DNA of 62,088 nt, the filler included, from Choristocarpus tenellus KU-1152 (taxonomy: Eukaryota; Protista; Phaeophyceae): NCBI GenBank assembly GCA_964200185.2. It is 11 parts of 11 records of this genome, joined end to end, with 100 filler letters (N's around TTAATTAATTAA, not from the genome) between each part and the next. Parts side by side here need not be neighbours in the genome. Positions count along the whole stretch, not along the records: positions 11,550 to 15,264 come from CAXNAD020018334.1; positions 15,365 to 23,665 come from CAXNAD020004876.1; positions 23,766 to 27,540 come from CAXNAD020017991.1; 8 more parts are not named here. One strand, 5' to 3'. This document shows positions 13,443 to 27,216 of the stretch, piece after piece. Both the position numbers and the translations under genes were made by a program. Every line of letters starts with the position of its first letter. Within the stretch, counting starts at the first letter, position 1. The notes under the pieces were generated by a model, which saw only the letters and a program-made list of their open reading frames with translations, was not told where the DNA came from and searched no databases.

Positions 13443-14747
13443 CACACACACACACACACACACACAACACACACACAACACACACACACAACACACAGGT
13501 ACCACTGCGATGCACTATAGCAAAAATGAAAAAAAAAAACCATTAAAATCTTCATCCATAGTCATCGGAAAAGTATGAAATTGTATAGTCAAGTAAGACA
13601 GAAGGGGGTCTGTACCAAAACCCCAAACCCACCAAACCACACCACATCACACCACATCACATCACACCATAACCTTCCAGAAGCCCACCACCCTGCGCCC
13701 TGATATATCCACAACACATCGCCTCGCATCTCTCTGCCCCAGCCACATTCATTAACGCCATACAATCTCTCACCAACTCCTCCAAATTCGGAGTGACTGC
13801 CCTTGCTCCCTCTTCCTCGCCAGGCTCTACACTGGCAGAGGTCGCCATGGGCTGAGAGTCCACAACACCAAATGAAGATTGAGATTGCGCAACTCTCTCA
13901 GCCCACGCCTGTCCATCCTCTTGCCCTGCCATAGTCCCGGTCTTTGCCACTACTGATGAACCTCCCGAACCCTCTAGGCCTGAAACGTTCTCGCTCACAA
14001 TCTTTTCATCTTCCCTGAAACTGCCACTACCTAGCAATAGAAAGATATTGGTGCACATTGATGTGGGCATCAAGTTTGGGGAGGGGGGGGAAGGGGGGGA
14101 ATGGAAGGGTTTGCTAGAGATGCGTGAACGTGGCGTCTCTTAACCGGCACTTTCGAGGTGTTCGATATTCAACGTGACTCTAGAAGGTAAGATTGGTGAC
14201 CTCTTTCTGTCCAACACGTCGATGTGACTTAGGTGTCGATGTCGATGTCACTTAGGTGTCACAAGGGAACAGTATGAGGATACTTCCTAGAGTCTGGCAA
14301 GGTGGCTCATTGATCACCCCTGCATGAACAGTAGAGTCACCTTCACCCCCCATCCTTCCCCTTTCTCTTCAGACACTGCCTCTCCCCTCCCCTAAAAAAA
14401 AAACTGGGGAAAATTTTTTAGAGCACAATCATGCCATGGAAAACCCTCTGACCTTCTGCCTGGTCTCCTGACTTCACACTGTGGTTCCCAAGCTCCCCCC
14501 TATCTCTTCCCCCCCCATCTTGGCCCAACTCTTCCCCTGCTCCCACAACCTTCCCAACCACTTCAACAGAATTGGTAGGCCCGCCCAAGGGGGCCTTGCT
14601 TCTCTTGAGCTCTTCTTTCAGGGACAGGTTTTCTTGGGTGACTTTAGTAATCTGCTCTCTCAGCCACGCCATCCCTGCAGCGACCCTTGCTTCTTCACCT
14701 TTGCTTCTACCTCCTGCTGCTTCATGGAGCAAGGCATCTTCACCATC
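11948..14747 (-). CDS. Unidentified coiled-coil/low-complexity protein, four internal exons (14747-14453, 14030-13774, 12905-12726, 12190-11948)
   Basis: AG/GT-bounded exons join in consistent phases (1,0,0). Heptad-like segments include LREQITKVTQENLSLKEELKR and LLAQINESLLRQLKEV. Confidence 0.7.
12217..12336 (+). repeat. Purine-rich minisatellite, 11-13-bp units (GGTATAGAAAAGA / GGTATGGAAGA)
   Basis: About 10 tandem units in the intron next to exon 12190-11948. Confidence 0.85.
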
Positions 14748-14753
14748 CTGAAG

Positions 14754-14784
<31 letters not shown>

Positions 14785-15437
14785 CATGAACAAACACACA
14801 CAAGCAATATGAGATTGGTAAAATTGGTGTGAGGGGAGGGAAGGGGAGGGGCAGGGGGAGGGGGGGGTATGAGGAGAGTCTTGCAGTTGCTTTGCCACGA
14901 ACAGTTAGGACACCAAGCTTGTATAACAGCGCCTGGATTTGGCAAAGTCGAAGGACTAGGGGAGTGTCTTAGGGTTAGGGATGCTGCTGAGATGATTGTA
15001 ATAGGGTTAGGGTGTACGGCGATGAAGGTGCACAGGGTAGGCATATCGTGGAACAAGATCTTACTATTTATTCTATTTACACCTTTAGATTAGTCCGAGG
15101 GGGTCTCAGACCCGCGGTGAACAATTATTTTTTTTTTAACACGAGGAGAGCAAAAAATCTACAGAAGGAAAAATAATAAAATGGAAAAGGAGGTGCCGGG
15201 GTGGGGGGGAGGGGGGGAAGGGACATAAGGACCCGTTCACAAAACTCTATGACAGGAACGAGCANNNNNNNNNNNNNNNNNNNNNNNNNNNNNNNNNNNN
15301 NNNNNNNNTTAATTAATTAANNNNNNNNNNNNNNNNNNNNNNNNNNNNNNNNNNNNNNNNNNNNTTTTTTTCCCTTTTTTCCCCTTTCCTCCCTTCTTTT
15401 GCTCCTGTCAACCACTGTCCCCCCCCCCCCCCCGAAG

Positions 15438-16789
15438 ACTTGTTGGCTAACTGGGACATTGTCACGGCAAAGCAGGATGGGGATGCCGTTCGGAGGAAGA
15501 TTGGGACTGTGGGCGTGTCAAGTCCACTGTCTGGTATCCGCAGGGCATTTATCAGTGTGCGGGATGCCGAAGAAGTGTCGGTAAGTTTTCCAGACCTGAT
15601 ACTTTGCTGGCTTGGGCTAGTCGTGTGTGAATAAAGACGCAGAGGTTGTACCAGATGTACAGTATGAGCCCCTTACGCTGATGAATAGAAACTTCTAGGA
15701 CAAAGGTTAATGGTGTTCGTTTGGAGGGTGGTGTTTTTGTATGAGAGTTTGTTGCCAGCGCTAGGTCCAGATGCAGATATGATCAATGGGCAAATCATGA
15801 TCCAGAACTTGGGTTCAAACCTCAGGTATGAGGGGTTTGGATCCCCAGATACGTTTTGCTCATCCCCCAGGGATGGTTCCATGTCCGGTTCAAAGGTTGC
15901 AACAACAATGGGGGTCCTAGATCTGGTTGTTACTCCTGTTTGAGCCGCATCGTGTAGAAATGCAAGACTGCGACTGCTTGTTGCCTTGGGGGAGGCCTTT
16001 TTTGCACTTGTCCAGATTACTGAAGTATATGTTCCAAGTAAGTGCGCACATTGCTGCCACACACACAGCAAGATTTATTTCTCAATCTCCCCTCCCCCCA
16101 ATGTTTTGAAGGTATTTCCTTGTGCTCACTCCTGTGTGTGTCGTGCTGTATAATGCCTGCTCATGTTGGGCCATTGCTGTTCATGCACTAAGGACGACAT
16201 TGATGTGGCAGCATTCACAGAAGCCTACCTGGAGGTACTGACAGCCCTCGGAGACGCAGAAAATGACTGTTATTCTGCCAACTTTGCCGATTATTCTGGT
16301 GGTGGCCACCTCAAGGCAAGTCAGATGCATGTACTAATGATATTTGTGCTTCTGTGTGTGCGTGCAGTTGAGTAAAATGGGAGTTGAGGGAGGGGGAGTA
16401 GTCAGGAGATGGTAGTCATGTAATTGGGCTGGGGAGAGAGAGCATTGGTCTCTGATTTCGTTTTTGAGGCATGCATGTGTGTCTTCTGGTTAGGATGATA
16501 CTATCGCATGTAAGTAAGGTGGTTCTTTCTGTAAATGCCTTGGACAAGGAAATAGTATGTTTGCTTTGGATCCTGCTGTGCATCATATATCACCCCTACT
16601 TGTACGTTGAAGGGGTTAATCCCCTCCATGCCATTTGTCTGTGTTGCCTTATCTAAGTTGGTGTAATCATTTGTTACTCCCCTGATCCCAAAAATCCAGG
16701 GTAGTCAATTCATTGCCAAAGCCAAGATGAGGGTAAAGGATGCCAGGGACAACTACACGGAAGTCCTGAAGATACTCAAACTCATCTAA
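15438..16789 (+). CDS. Unidentified small helical protein, possibly plastid/thylakoid-lumen; last three exons (15438-15580, 16193-16315, 16700-16789)
   Basis: Spliced translation LLANWDIVTAKQDGDAVRRKIGTVGVSSPLSGIRRAF...|DDIDVAAFTEAYLEVLTALGDAENDCYSANFADYSGGGHLK|GSQFIAKAKMRVKDARDNYTEVLKILKLI*. Joins are phase 0 and the second intron has a GC donor (AAG|GCAAGT). The product assignment is only a recollection of similar algal proteins. Confidence 0.7.
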
Positions 16790-19700
16790 CTACACAATGA
16801 TCTGCTTGAGGGTACAACAATAGAGTGTTGTGATTAGCGGGTTGGTGTATCTCGGTTGGCCTAGCTATGCAAGAAAGGTCAGCATCAACCGCTCTCTTAA
16901 CTGCCGGGGAGAAGTTGATGTGCGTATTCCCCCTTGCCTTCATGTCAAACATAGACAGGAGGTGTGCTATTTTTTAGTAGGCTGCTGTAGTGAATTAGGA
17001 GTAGGATACAAAGCGAGGTGTGAGATGCCAATAGAATTAGGAAGCACATGTTTGGTGCAGATCCCCTGCAATAGGGTTAACCTCTTCTCTTTGTATGACT
17101 GACGCAGTTGAGAGTGCTTCTACCTACGCAAAGGTTCAAAACTGATAAGGGAGGCATACTTACCTTCCTTAGGCCTAAGGCCTGTTCCTAATGATTCAAA
17201 GTTCGTCTACCGATTTTCCGTCGTACGATCTAGAAAGTGGAAGACGGAAACATGACATTTCCTTTCCAACAACTGTCTTGATATTGAGATTATTTTTCTG
17301 TTGTTGTCAGGGTCGCGTCTCACATCTTCCCAACAATTTGGCGTAATGACTAATAAGAGAACAAGTAGGTAGAGTAAAAAACACACACCCATGTTCTGAC
17401 AAATATTTCTAGGAGAAATTTATCTTTCTGAAAGAAAAATCTGGTGGGCACAGCACAAAAAAGATAACAGGAAATCGGAAGACCTGGAATTTATGGATTG
17501 AGGGAGGGCTTACATTGGACTGGCAGTTAACAGGACCAGGGTCACAGACTGACCTGAAGCCTAGTTCTCTTACAATTTCGTTGGTCTCACTCCAATCCTC
17601 TGATAAAACATTTTCCACCTTGACTGGTCTACAGCTTAGTTTGGATTACAATCTCAATGACTCCAGTTCCGTCCTATTAACATCTAATTATGCAGGGCTG
17701 ATCCGTGGTCTCTTTTGACTACACTCTCTGATGGCCCTGAACTGGTCCTGTTAAATGATATTTTACTTGGACTGTCCCTGTCCCCTTGCCCAGTCCCATC
17801 ATGTTCACCCGGTTTGACAAAATGCCCTGGAATATGGCTTTCCCAACTCTTATCACTCTTCTCTTGCAAAATGTAAGAGATGACAATAGTAATGGTCGTA
17901 GCCTAAAGAATTTACAATCTGTGGATGAGTAATCAAGAACTGGTGTAAATAGCAGTGTTGAGGTATGTTTGCAATTCAAAGGCTAGAACCCCGTTTTTTC
18001 GATGCTGTTGGTATTCAAGTCCGAAATCTGCCCCTCCTTTGATTTAACCCCATAGATCTGCCATCTTATGGTATGGGTGATGAGATGTATTGAATTACAA
18101 GACCACATATTCCCTCGTTCTTCAAGCTTTCTTTCACAGTTTTAGTACGTGTTACAAAAACACCTACCTCTTACCACGTTGTACTGGAACTCTAAATCAA
18201 TATACATCAACAAAATGTTTACCTGGATTGCATGGAACAGGATGAACCACTTAATTGCTTAACAAATTGTTGAGAAATTGAGAAGGGTAAAGTTAGTAAC
18301 AGTATGGTCGCTTATTTATTATGGAATTATCTGAAAGAGATAATTCAATTAATTAACCGGATTAAACCACAATTTGTTTAATTAAAACAGTTAATGATGG
18401 AGTGCTGTACAGAAGTGGATTTATGCTTCTTTTAGATCAGTGGAAGTGTGAATCGTGTGATTCTGTGGTGGCGTGGTTCACTCAGGCAAGGGTGGTGAAG
18501 AGAATCACCGGGCAAGACGGACCACATGAACAAGGACGAACCGTGACCGAGGGTACGAGGTTAAGGTTGGTCAAGTGTAAATTGAGGAGTGATGAGCATC
18601 ATCAAAGACGGGGCTTCATCATCATCAGTCAATACGTGAGAACAAAGTGGATCTTCCATGCGTGACAACTCTGACGAGCTGTCCCAAGTCTATGGGATTG
18701 GTCTCGTGAAGAGATTCCATGGTTTCATTCTGACGGAAAGTCTGTCAGTGAAATCATGGACGCTTGACTGAGAACCTCACTTGGTACAACGGTATAACGG
18801 TATACAGCAGTAACGGTATAACGACAAACATGCTTTCCACAGAAGGAATATCTGTGATAATTAATGTCAAATTAAAATCGATAAATAATAGGGTTTTACG
18901 GAAAAACTTTGCAGTTAAAACATCCTCTGAAACCCTTCGCCAAGGTGACAAGCTGGGGAATCCATAATTGGAATATAATTAGTACATTCATTAATTTCTT
19001 GTATCCATTTTTGCGTTTTCACAAAATCTATCAAGTTGTTACAAAAAGTATTGTTCAGGTTGAAATCTGGTTCATGTCAGTTTTTTTTCAGGGAAATTTG
19101 ATATTGACCGTGCATGTAACAGGAACAACAGTAAGGTACATCTGTACCCTTCAGCAAACCACAAACGAAAGTAATATTGAAAAAAAAAACGGACTTGGGG
19201 TACATATCATAGCAAGGGTTATCGGGACGAGGCGGTATTGCACAAGATTCGAGGGAGGTGGAGGGATGAGGGGTGGGATTATGTCTTAACCCAAGCCAGG
19301 AGAAAAGTGCAACACATAAATGCACGTGGCAATGCATTCAGTGGTGGCAATGCAACAATAACAGTTCATCTTTAATGGAAAGTAGTGCATGCTATCTGGC
19401 GGTATGGTCAAGTATTTGATGGCGAGTTGAGCTAAACTGGTTCGTAGTCCCAAAATATAGGGCACGCAACAATAGTACCTAGAGTACAGAAGTATATAAT
19501 AAAAGGACACATGATAAATGACTTTTCTGATCTTGCCCCTTTCCAACCCTGAAAACGACAGTAGCAATCATCGTGATTATTTACATCAAGAAAACTCCCA
19601 ATAGGGGCCGCCATGTGTATTCTTGTGATGCGCAACAACTACTGAACCATGAAAAATCCTTTCATAGTGCAGTGTCCCTGAAAGTAATTGAAAACCCTAT

Positions 19701-20724
19701 CGTCCACAGTGTCATGTCATCATCAGCAAGTATCGACAACAAGACTGTACTTTGGAAAGCAAAACATGGCAAGGATAATCTTGCAACTTAAAGGACCTAA
19801 TCGTACCGAGAGCAGTGCACAACAGGGGGTGAGAACTTTACACAATAGTTGCTTCCCAGATAGCAAGCATCAGGCTATATCACAGACACCTGCAGAACAT
19901 CACGTATATAGATGTATGTACGAGTGAAAGCTATTGGGGTTGGTGCAGTTGTTAAAGTAATAGGGGGAGATCCAAATTACCAAATTGTCGTTTGGGTGAG
20001 ACACCAAGGCCACTCTTGTTGCACTTTGGACAGCTGTATGTTGACACGCATCCTTTGTTACTTAATTACAATCAATTACTCACATTTTTGTTCTTAGAGA
20101 GAACAACAGAACATGTACCTGAAACACATCACACGAATCTCTTACCAAAATGTACCTGAAACTCCAAACTGAACAGTCTTGAAGTGAAGGCACAAACCGG
20201 ATGACGTGTACTTACAGAAACGGAGATAATGGAGGATGAACAAAGCGACTATCAATCAATCCACCAACAAAGCACTTGAAATTGGTGTCAACATCTGACA
20301 CCAAGGTAAGCAACACCCATGAAGACCAAATGATCAGTCAGACCAACACACCATTTCACATGCAACATACCAACGCTATCTTGCTCAGTTTCCAGAGCAA
20401 AACCGACATTGCAAACACGACACTCACTCACTCTGCAACAACAGAGAGGCTATGGTAAATGTAATCACCAAGCACAAATATTCTTGCCTGCTACAGTGGT
20501 CTGCACACATTGCAGCCCATTGCATATACTTCCAGATCAAAGCTCCACACACCCCCAACTTCTGCATTTTTGGCCAATAAGGAAGAGAAGAGACCATACC
20601 CATACATAGCAAACCAATATTAAAAAAAAAAAAATCCCCTTCCCTTGGTTCCCTACCCTTCAGCAGGCTCCTTCTCAAGCAAGGCATTTTTTGAGGCACT
20701 GCTGGCACCAAATGCCAACACACT

Positions 20725-23509
20725 TCACAGGATAAGTGCATTCCCAAGTACCAACCAGTTCACTGTTACAAGGTTTGAACTACCACTCCCATCCATTACA
20801 ATATCAACCTCCTCTACCGATGACCATGTCGATGGGTCACCTGTCACACCTGTATCTGGCACATCAAACTTGACACTGGGGGAAGGTAGTAGGTAGTGGG
20901 AAACAAGATGTTCAGGCCATTCTGAACGAATCATTCACAATTTCAGAGAGCACAACAACAATTTTAAAAAGGTGGCCAAAACGTAGACGATTGCAATACA
21001 TGAGCCAGTTGCTCTTCACTTGGAGAGTTAGCAGTCACTACACCTACCACTATATAATAGCCACTTGCAGCAGCATTAGGGTATATACTATCATACATTT
21101 ACAAAAATATTCGACTTGCACTTTCCTCCTCCTCTTTTCAGTTTGCGCCTCTTGTTCACACAAAATCACACTCTGAGTTTGATACACTAACCCTAAGTCC
21201 TTCATCAGCATTGTTAATGTTCACTCATGTGAATAGTATCTACCATGCTCTTACGTGTTAGTCCCCACAACCCAGCCACCAGAAGGCTCAGGGATCGGTG
21301 CTACAATGGAGCCGGTCCCAGACGCCATAGTAATCTCTAGCAAGGACGGGTAGGAAAGTGCATCATCCAAGTCCACACTCAATCTGTGGGCATGCAACAG
21401 TACCACAACGTTGGGTGGAAAAAAATATTATGAGAGGTGGGGGGGGAGGGGCACGGTTATGGTGGAATAATGCAGGGAATACTAGGTCCTACCCTAGCAG
21501 GAAGATACTTGGCTCTCCAGGGAGGTGAAGTGAGGCCAAAGCAGAAGCACGTAGTAGTAGACATCACCAATCTCTGTACAACACACAAAAAATCTCTGTA
21601 CAACACCAAGACTATGATTCATGGCAGAACATCCTTTTGAGCAAAGAACAAGGTGCACCAAACCAACTTGACCAGGACATTGTATGCAGGCATGCTACAG
21701 ACAGTATAATGCAGGGTTTGGGGAGTTTCTCCATGCCACTCCTTGAAAAGAAAGAGTACCTTATCGCATGACACACACATCAAATAACACTTCAAACAAG
21801 CACAACAAAAGTTCAACCATGTAATGATAGCTAAGCAATCAACCTCAGATCTTCTATCTTGCACAGTGACAGCTCCTAACAGTTTGAATCACCAAAGCAG
21901 ATGCAACGCCTAGACCCTGACAACAACAGTCCCTAATTGACTCTTGATAACAATGGTCTATACTTGGCACCTGACAACAATGGTCTCTCCAATATTCATC
22001 CCTGACAAGGTGGAGTCCCCTAAGGAAGCAGCACCAAAGGAGGCCACCGCAGGCAGGACAATAGTTCCAGAGGAAGTCGATGCAGAGGATGGAGATGGTG
22101 TCCCACCCAAGGCTGTAGGAGCAGGAGAGGTCTGCAAGATAGAGGGAGGGAGGGGGAGGAAATAGAGCATTCAGAGAATGGGAAGGGGTAGATCAGATTG
22201 GTGAGGGGTGGACAGTTCATACCAGTAATACTAAAACTCATCAAGTTCCTCACATTGCCTTGTCATTTTGCTGGAAGCACACATGTTATCGTTTGTCAAA
22301 ACAAAGCAGGTCCTACCTAGTTGATATCCAATTGTTAAAAAACATTTGCAGCTGCACATCTTGCATTACAATGTGCATGTGTGCGTGCGTGTGTGTGTGT
22401 GATGCTGCAATTGGGATAAAAATTAGTGCGTCAGTGCACTTGACGACAACTAGTGCATTAGTGCACAGTGAGCAGGTCATACATTGCATAACACAGACAC
22501 AGGGGGTATGGTGAAGAGACTCAGGTTTGAGCCAAGCAGGGGAATCACTTATCAGTCCGTCTCTTCTGAACAGCTGAGGCTATATCACCGTTTTCCCACT
22601 CTAAAAATCTTCAGGGTGACATTAAAAAAAACAAAAACAGGCCAAACCAACTGAGAGGTAGACAGGCTTGGACCCTTTTGCATTCATTCTACTCTAAGAA
22701 ATCTTTTCTTCTCTGAACAAGAACAACTAATACACTCTATTTCATTTCTATTTCATTTGTTCATTCCCACAAATAATGCACACGGAATTGATGTACCCCC
22801 CTTTAACACACACACACACACACACACAAAGTGACACCACTACTATTAATCAAGAGGCGTTTTTGGCAATTGTACAAAATGGGACCCTTTTTTTTTATTT
22901 CACTACCTTTTGATGGGTTTGACTCACGGTGTGCTTATAAATAAAAAAGAGAAAGGATACACAACACACAACCACAGGGACATACAAACAGGCAAGCATC
23001 AACCTCCACATGTTGGACAAATCGGACAAAAGATGCCTCTTCAGCAACAAATCGATCCGTGGAACACCTTACTCCCTCTTCCACCAAAAAAAAGGAGCAG
23101 GTATCCCTTCCAATCCAAATTTCATCACCACCAACAGGCCCAGCAAGGACGAGAAACACTGCTATCGCCCAGCTCCTCTTCCCCACCTCTCAACATCATA
23201 CTCTTCGTTAGCCCTGCATATTAGGCAAATCCCACTCTAATGCACCACAGAAAAAATGATACGTATGTATGTATGTATGTATGTATGTATGTATGTATGT
23301 ATGTATATTTAGTTAGAGTGAGTAAAGGGACCCACCATGGAAGGCGATCCTGTGACTATTACTGAAGAAGGCGACGGTGTTCCTAGCAACGAAGGCGATG
23401 GTGTTCCTACTAGTGGGGCAGGTGTCTTGAGGACAGTGTCATCATCACCCACCATTGATGGAGAAGGCGTCAAGAGGATGGTGTCATCGTTGCCAACCCC
23501 AGTGGAACC
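20725..23509 (-). CDS. Unidentified, probably extracellular protein with a Thr/Pro/Ser-rich linker and C-terminal beta-rich domain; last four exons (23509-23336, 22131-21971, 21383-21255, 20875-20725)
   Basis: Phase-consistent junctions (0,2,2). TPSPS/TPAP repeats are followed by IVVRLSVDLDD...LLEITM...WVVGTNTVKFDV...WSSVEEVDIVMDG...VTVNWLVLG and a TGA stop. Confidence 0.75.
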
Positions 23510-24466
23510 CTTGAAGTAGAATAGACCCCAACATCAGGATAATACAGCATGAGACAATACGGTGTTCAATTTGAGGCGTGGGGATGGGGGGGGTTAGGGG
23601 GGGGGGGGGGAGTATACTAGGTGGGGGGTAGGAATGAAAGGACGGGGGGATCCACCCTAAAAAAANNNNNNNNNNNNNNNNNNNNNNNNNNNNNNNNNNN
23701 NNNNNNNNNTTAATTAATTAANNNNNNNNNNNNNNNNNNNNNNNNNNNNNNNNNNNNNNNNNNNNCACCATTCGAATTAAAAACGGGAGAGGAGAAAGAG
23801 GGGAGAGGGGGGGGGAGGGGGGGGGGGGGGGGGGGGGGGGGAAGAGAGAGAGAGAGAATACTTTTGTGGAGGAAATTAAGCTGGAGCAATGAGGAGGAGA
23901 GGGATAAAAGAGGAAGGTGATGTAGTTCCCATTGATGGTGTTGTTCTCCCTGCCCAACCTTCGCACCCTCTTACCATTTGTCAAACAATAAAAGTGAACG
24001 CTACTGAACCTCGTCATTAAAAAAAAAATGTTATGCCAACAAAAGCACAAATTTAATAATCAATCAATCAAAAAATTGTTGAGAAAATGTTCCAAAATAA
24101 ACACAGAGGGGTCCCTGGCAGGTAGGTACACTTCAATGCAATTTGTTACTCACACCCTTCAACATCCCACTGCCAGTGAAGACTCATTTCATTCCACCTC
24201 TACAAATACTCACACCAAAGCTAACCCTAACCCTAACCCTAACCAACACAAGCGAAAAACGTACTTGTGCCAAACCAACATACCACCTGCCTGGTACAAC
24301 AATCATCCCTCAAACTCACCAAGACCAACTAATTGACACACTATAATACAAATTGACATGTTTTCCCCCTTACAATGCTACAGATAATACCTAGCACAAT
24401 ACATATCTGTGTGGAAACAAGTCAGCATAGGTAGGGACAGTGTAGAGGGGGGGGGGTTGCACTAAC

Positions 24467-25089
24467 CCCTGGGCAGTCCACAATGAAGATCCGTCGCATG
24501 AGAGCAATGTACTGCCAAACCTTGGTCTCTCCAGGAATTGGTGCCACCCTACACACCTGCTCAATATTTTGATTAAAGGATTTGAATCATTAATGCAACC
24601 TACAGGAACTAATAATCCACACAAGAACAGAGGAGGACACAAATCAAATCAAATACGTCATTGCCGTGATCTACATCCATTAAAAAAACTTTGCCAGGTC
24701 TATATCATGCCCTTTGCAAACCTACAAACTGGGCTCGTGGCAGAAAAAGAGGGGATCACAACAAATCCTTTTCTCAGCCCTAGCAAAGAGGGCGCTGGGC
24801 TTATGGCACTAGTGATACGATGACGTATTGACACTACTGATTGCAGCGGGGGGTGCTCCCCGCCATATGACGCTTAGAGGTATATACCTCCTCCTGTGCC
24901 TATTGAACAAAGTTGTGTCAAAAAAAGGTATAACATCAACATGATAAAAACAAAAAAACAGTACCCAACAGTTTCAACCTTTTTGTAAGTTGTTCTTTGT
25001 GTAAGAGAGCAGAACCAAAACATAACGACATGATTTAATTCTAGAGGGAAGGGGGGGGGGGGGGGGGGAGGGGGAGGGAGGAAAAACAC

Positions 25090-25123
<34 letters not shown>

Positions 25124-25194
25124 ANNNNNNNNNNATGTAATTTAATTTTTTTGATGGAGGTAGTGATAGAAAAAAAAAAAAAAAAAAAAAAGAA

Positions 25195-25244
<50 letters not shown>

Positions 25245-27216
25245 CTAGGGTAGGAGGTAGAGCACCATGTATAAAAAAAATAAGATCAAATATCAGAGTG
25301 AGTAAATCTGAGTTACTGCATCAAGTGAACTATACACTGCGCTATCAATGTATCTCTAGCAAAAAATATAAATAAACATCTCCTTTTGAGATCCAATATA
25401 TACAGATAGCCCATCCCCCTATCTCATCTCAGTAAAAATTCTCTGGGCATGCAAGTGTCTCTGTTCAAATTCAAACAGAAACCTAAGTAACAACGGCCTC
25501 CTTACTCTCACTGCTTCAAGTGCCTTGAAACACTAACCAATCCAAATAAAATAATTAAGAGAGACCTCAAGTTCAACCTTCCCCCCTCTACCAACACATC
25601 ACCAAGGACATGCAAAGATCTCAGTACACAGCAACCAATCCATGGATACACAAGTAGCAAGAGGTTCAACAACAATCAACAAGAACATACATAGATACAA
25701 AAGAAGGCAATGCAATACAAATGGGGAGATGAACAGATTAACTACTCCATGGGGAGGTGTTTATAAGGGAAAACGCATGGAAAATTCCATAGGAGGCTTA
25801 GGTGAGGTGTTATAGATACATCTACCAAGGGCAGTTGACTATTGACTACCCACTACCTTAAAGAGTAGAACATGTGTAGTACTCCCTCCAGTGCATTCAC
25901 AAACATAGAGGCAAGCCCCACTTCATTCAAACAGGATGCAATAAAACCGGAACAATAATGCCTTCTCTCAGACACCGACACAGAGCAGGCACTACTGCCA
26001 ACAAAGTTTAGGCTACATATATAAAATATCTACTCATATTTCTCAAACAACATGGGCTCTCCATTCATCATCCCCCTCCATATCCAGGGCAACTGCATCT
26101 ACTCAGGTATACTACTCAAGTGGACAGACTCAGAAGGCGACGATCTGAGGTCAGGGAGCTCTGCTGAGGGAGGGGTAGACATATCTTTCCCCTGCTGGAT
26201 ACCTGCTATGACCAATGTACACTACCATTGAAACAATCTGTTCACCTTTTCAAGACCGACCTTCTGTTTTGGGTTAGAGCTATTAATAGCAACACAATCA
26301 CACGATGCGACTGTCCACCTTGGCACAAACTTCTCAAAAAAACGCCTTCCTCTACTTCTCCTTAAAACTTCTCTGCGTCTCACAATCTCTTCAAATATTA
26401 CAAAATCAAAAAAGACCTGGGACACATCACTAAAAGGAATAGAATTTTCTTTTTCTTTTTTAAGATGACCTCTGTGGGACAGCGGAATGAACTCCACATC
26501 ACAAAAATGCAAAGTGTTCTTCCATCACGTATCCTCACCTTCTTCTTCTTCAATGTGTTAATGATAGAGCTCTTTCCCACATTAGGGTAGCCCACCACCC
26601 CCACGCTGATCTGCTTCTTGTCTGGATGCAGCTTAGCAAACTGACTCACACACCACACAGAGGCACAAAAAAGTTTTTTGTTGTTTAAAACAAGAAAAAT
26701 AAAATAAAAAATTGAAAAACAAAACAATTACAATCTAAAAGCAGTAAAAAAATAACACACACAATACACACAAAAAAAAAATGTTACACACACATTAAAA
26801 AAAAAAATTGCACCGAAAAAAAACAACAACGAAAGCACAAAGAACAATCAATAGCAAGCACATTCTTTTAAATAGCATTTATACTTTTGCAATAAACTGA
26901 GCCAAGCCCTGCACAAACAAACACAAGACCCATGCAAAAATAAAAAGACAATGAGGGTGCCAAAAACATTCCCCCACAACACACCTACACTTAGAGCACG
27001 GTTCTTCACCACGGCACAACTATCCCTCCCATTTCTACCTAAAAAACAAACATAAATCTAAACGTTAGATTGATTTAGGCGCACCTGACGCAGCAGGTTG
27101 ATGAGTGCCCCCTTGCCAAAGCTGTTGGTGATAGACGCGTGAAATGCAAGGGTAGGGTGATCACCCGAGAGGAGCTTCACCCACTTCTTGGTCACCCATG
27201 TCGGAACCAAGTCCAC
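24467..27216 (-). CDS. NOG2: Nucleolar GTP-binding protein 2 (circularly permuted GTPase), three internal exons (27216-27085, 26640-26539, 24556-24467)
   Basis: [17 protein letters not shown]...[24 protein letters not shown]|[34 protein letters not shown]|[30 protein letters not shown] carries the NOG2/GNL2 G1-G3 motifs. All joins are phase-0 CAG/GT. Confidence 0.96.

Noticed and set aside
17200-18900. ORF-like fragments suggesting a retroelement
   Set aside because: No gag, RT, integrase or LTR signature could be identified.
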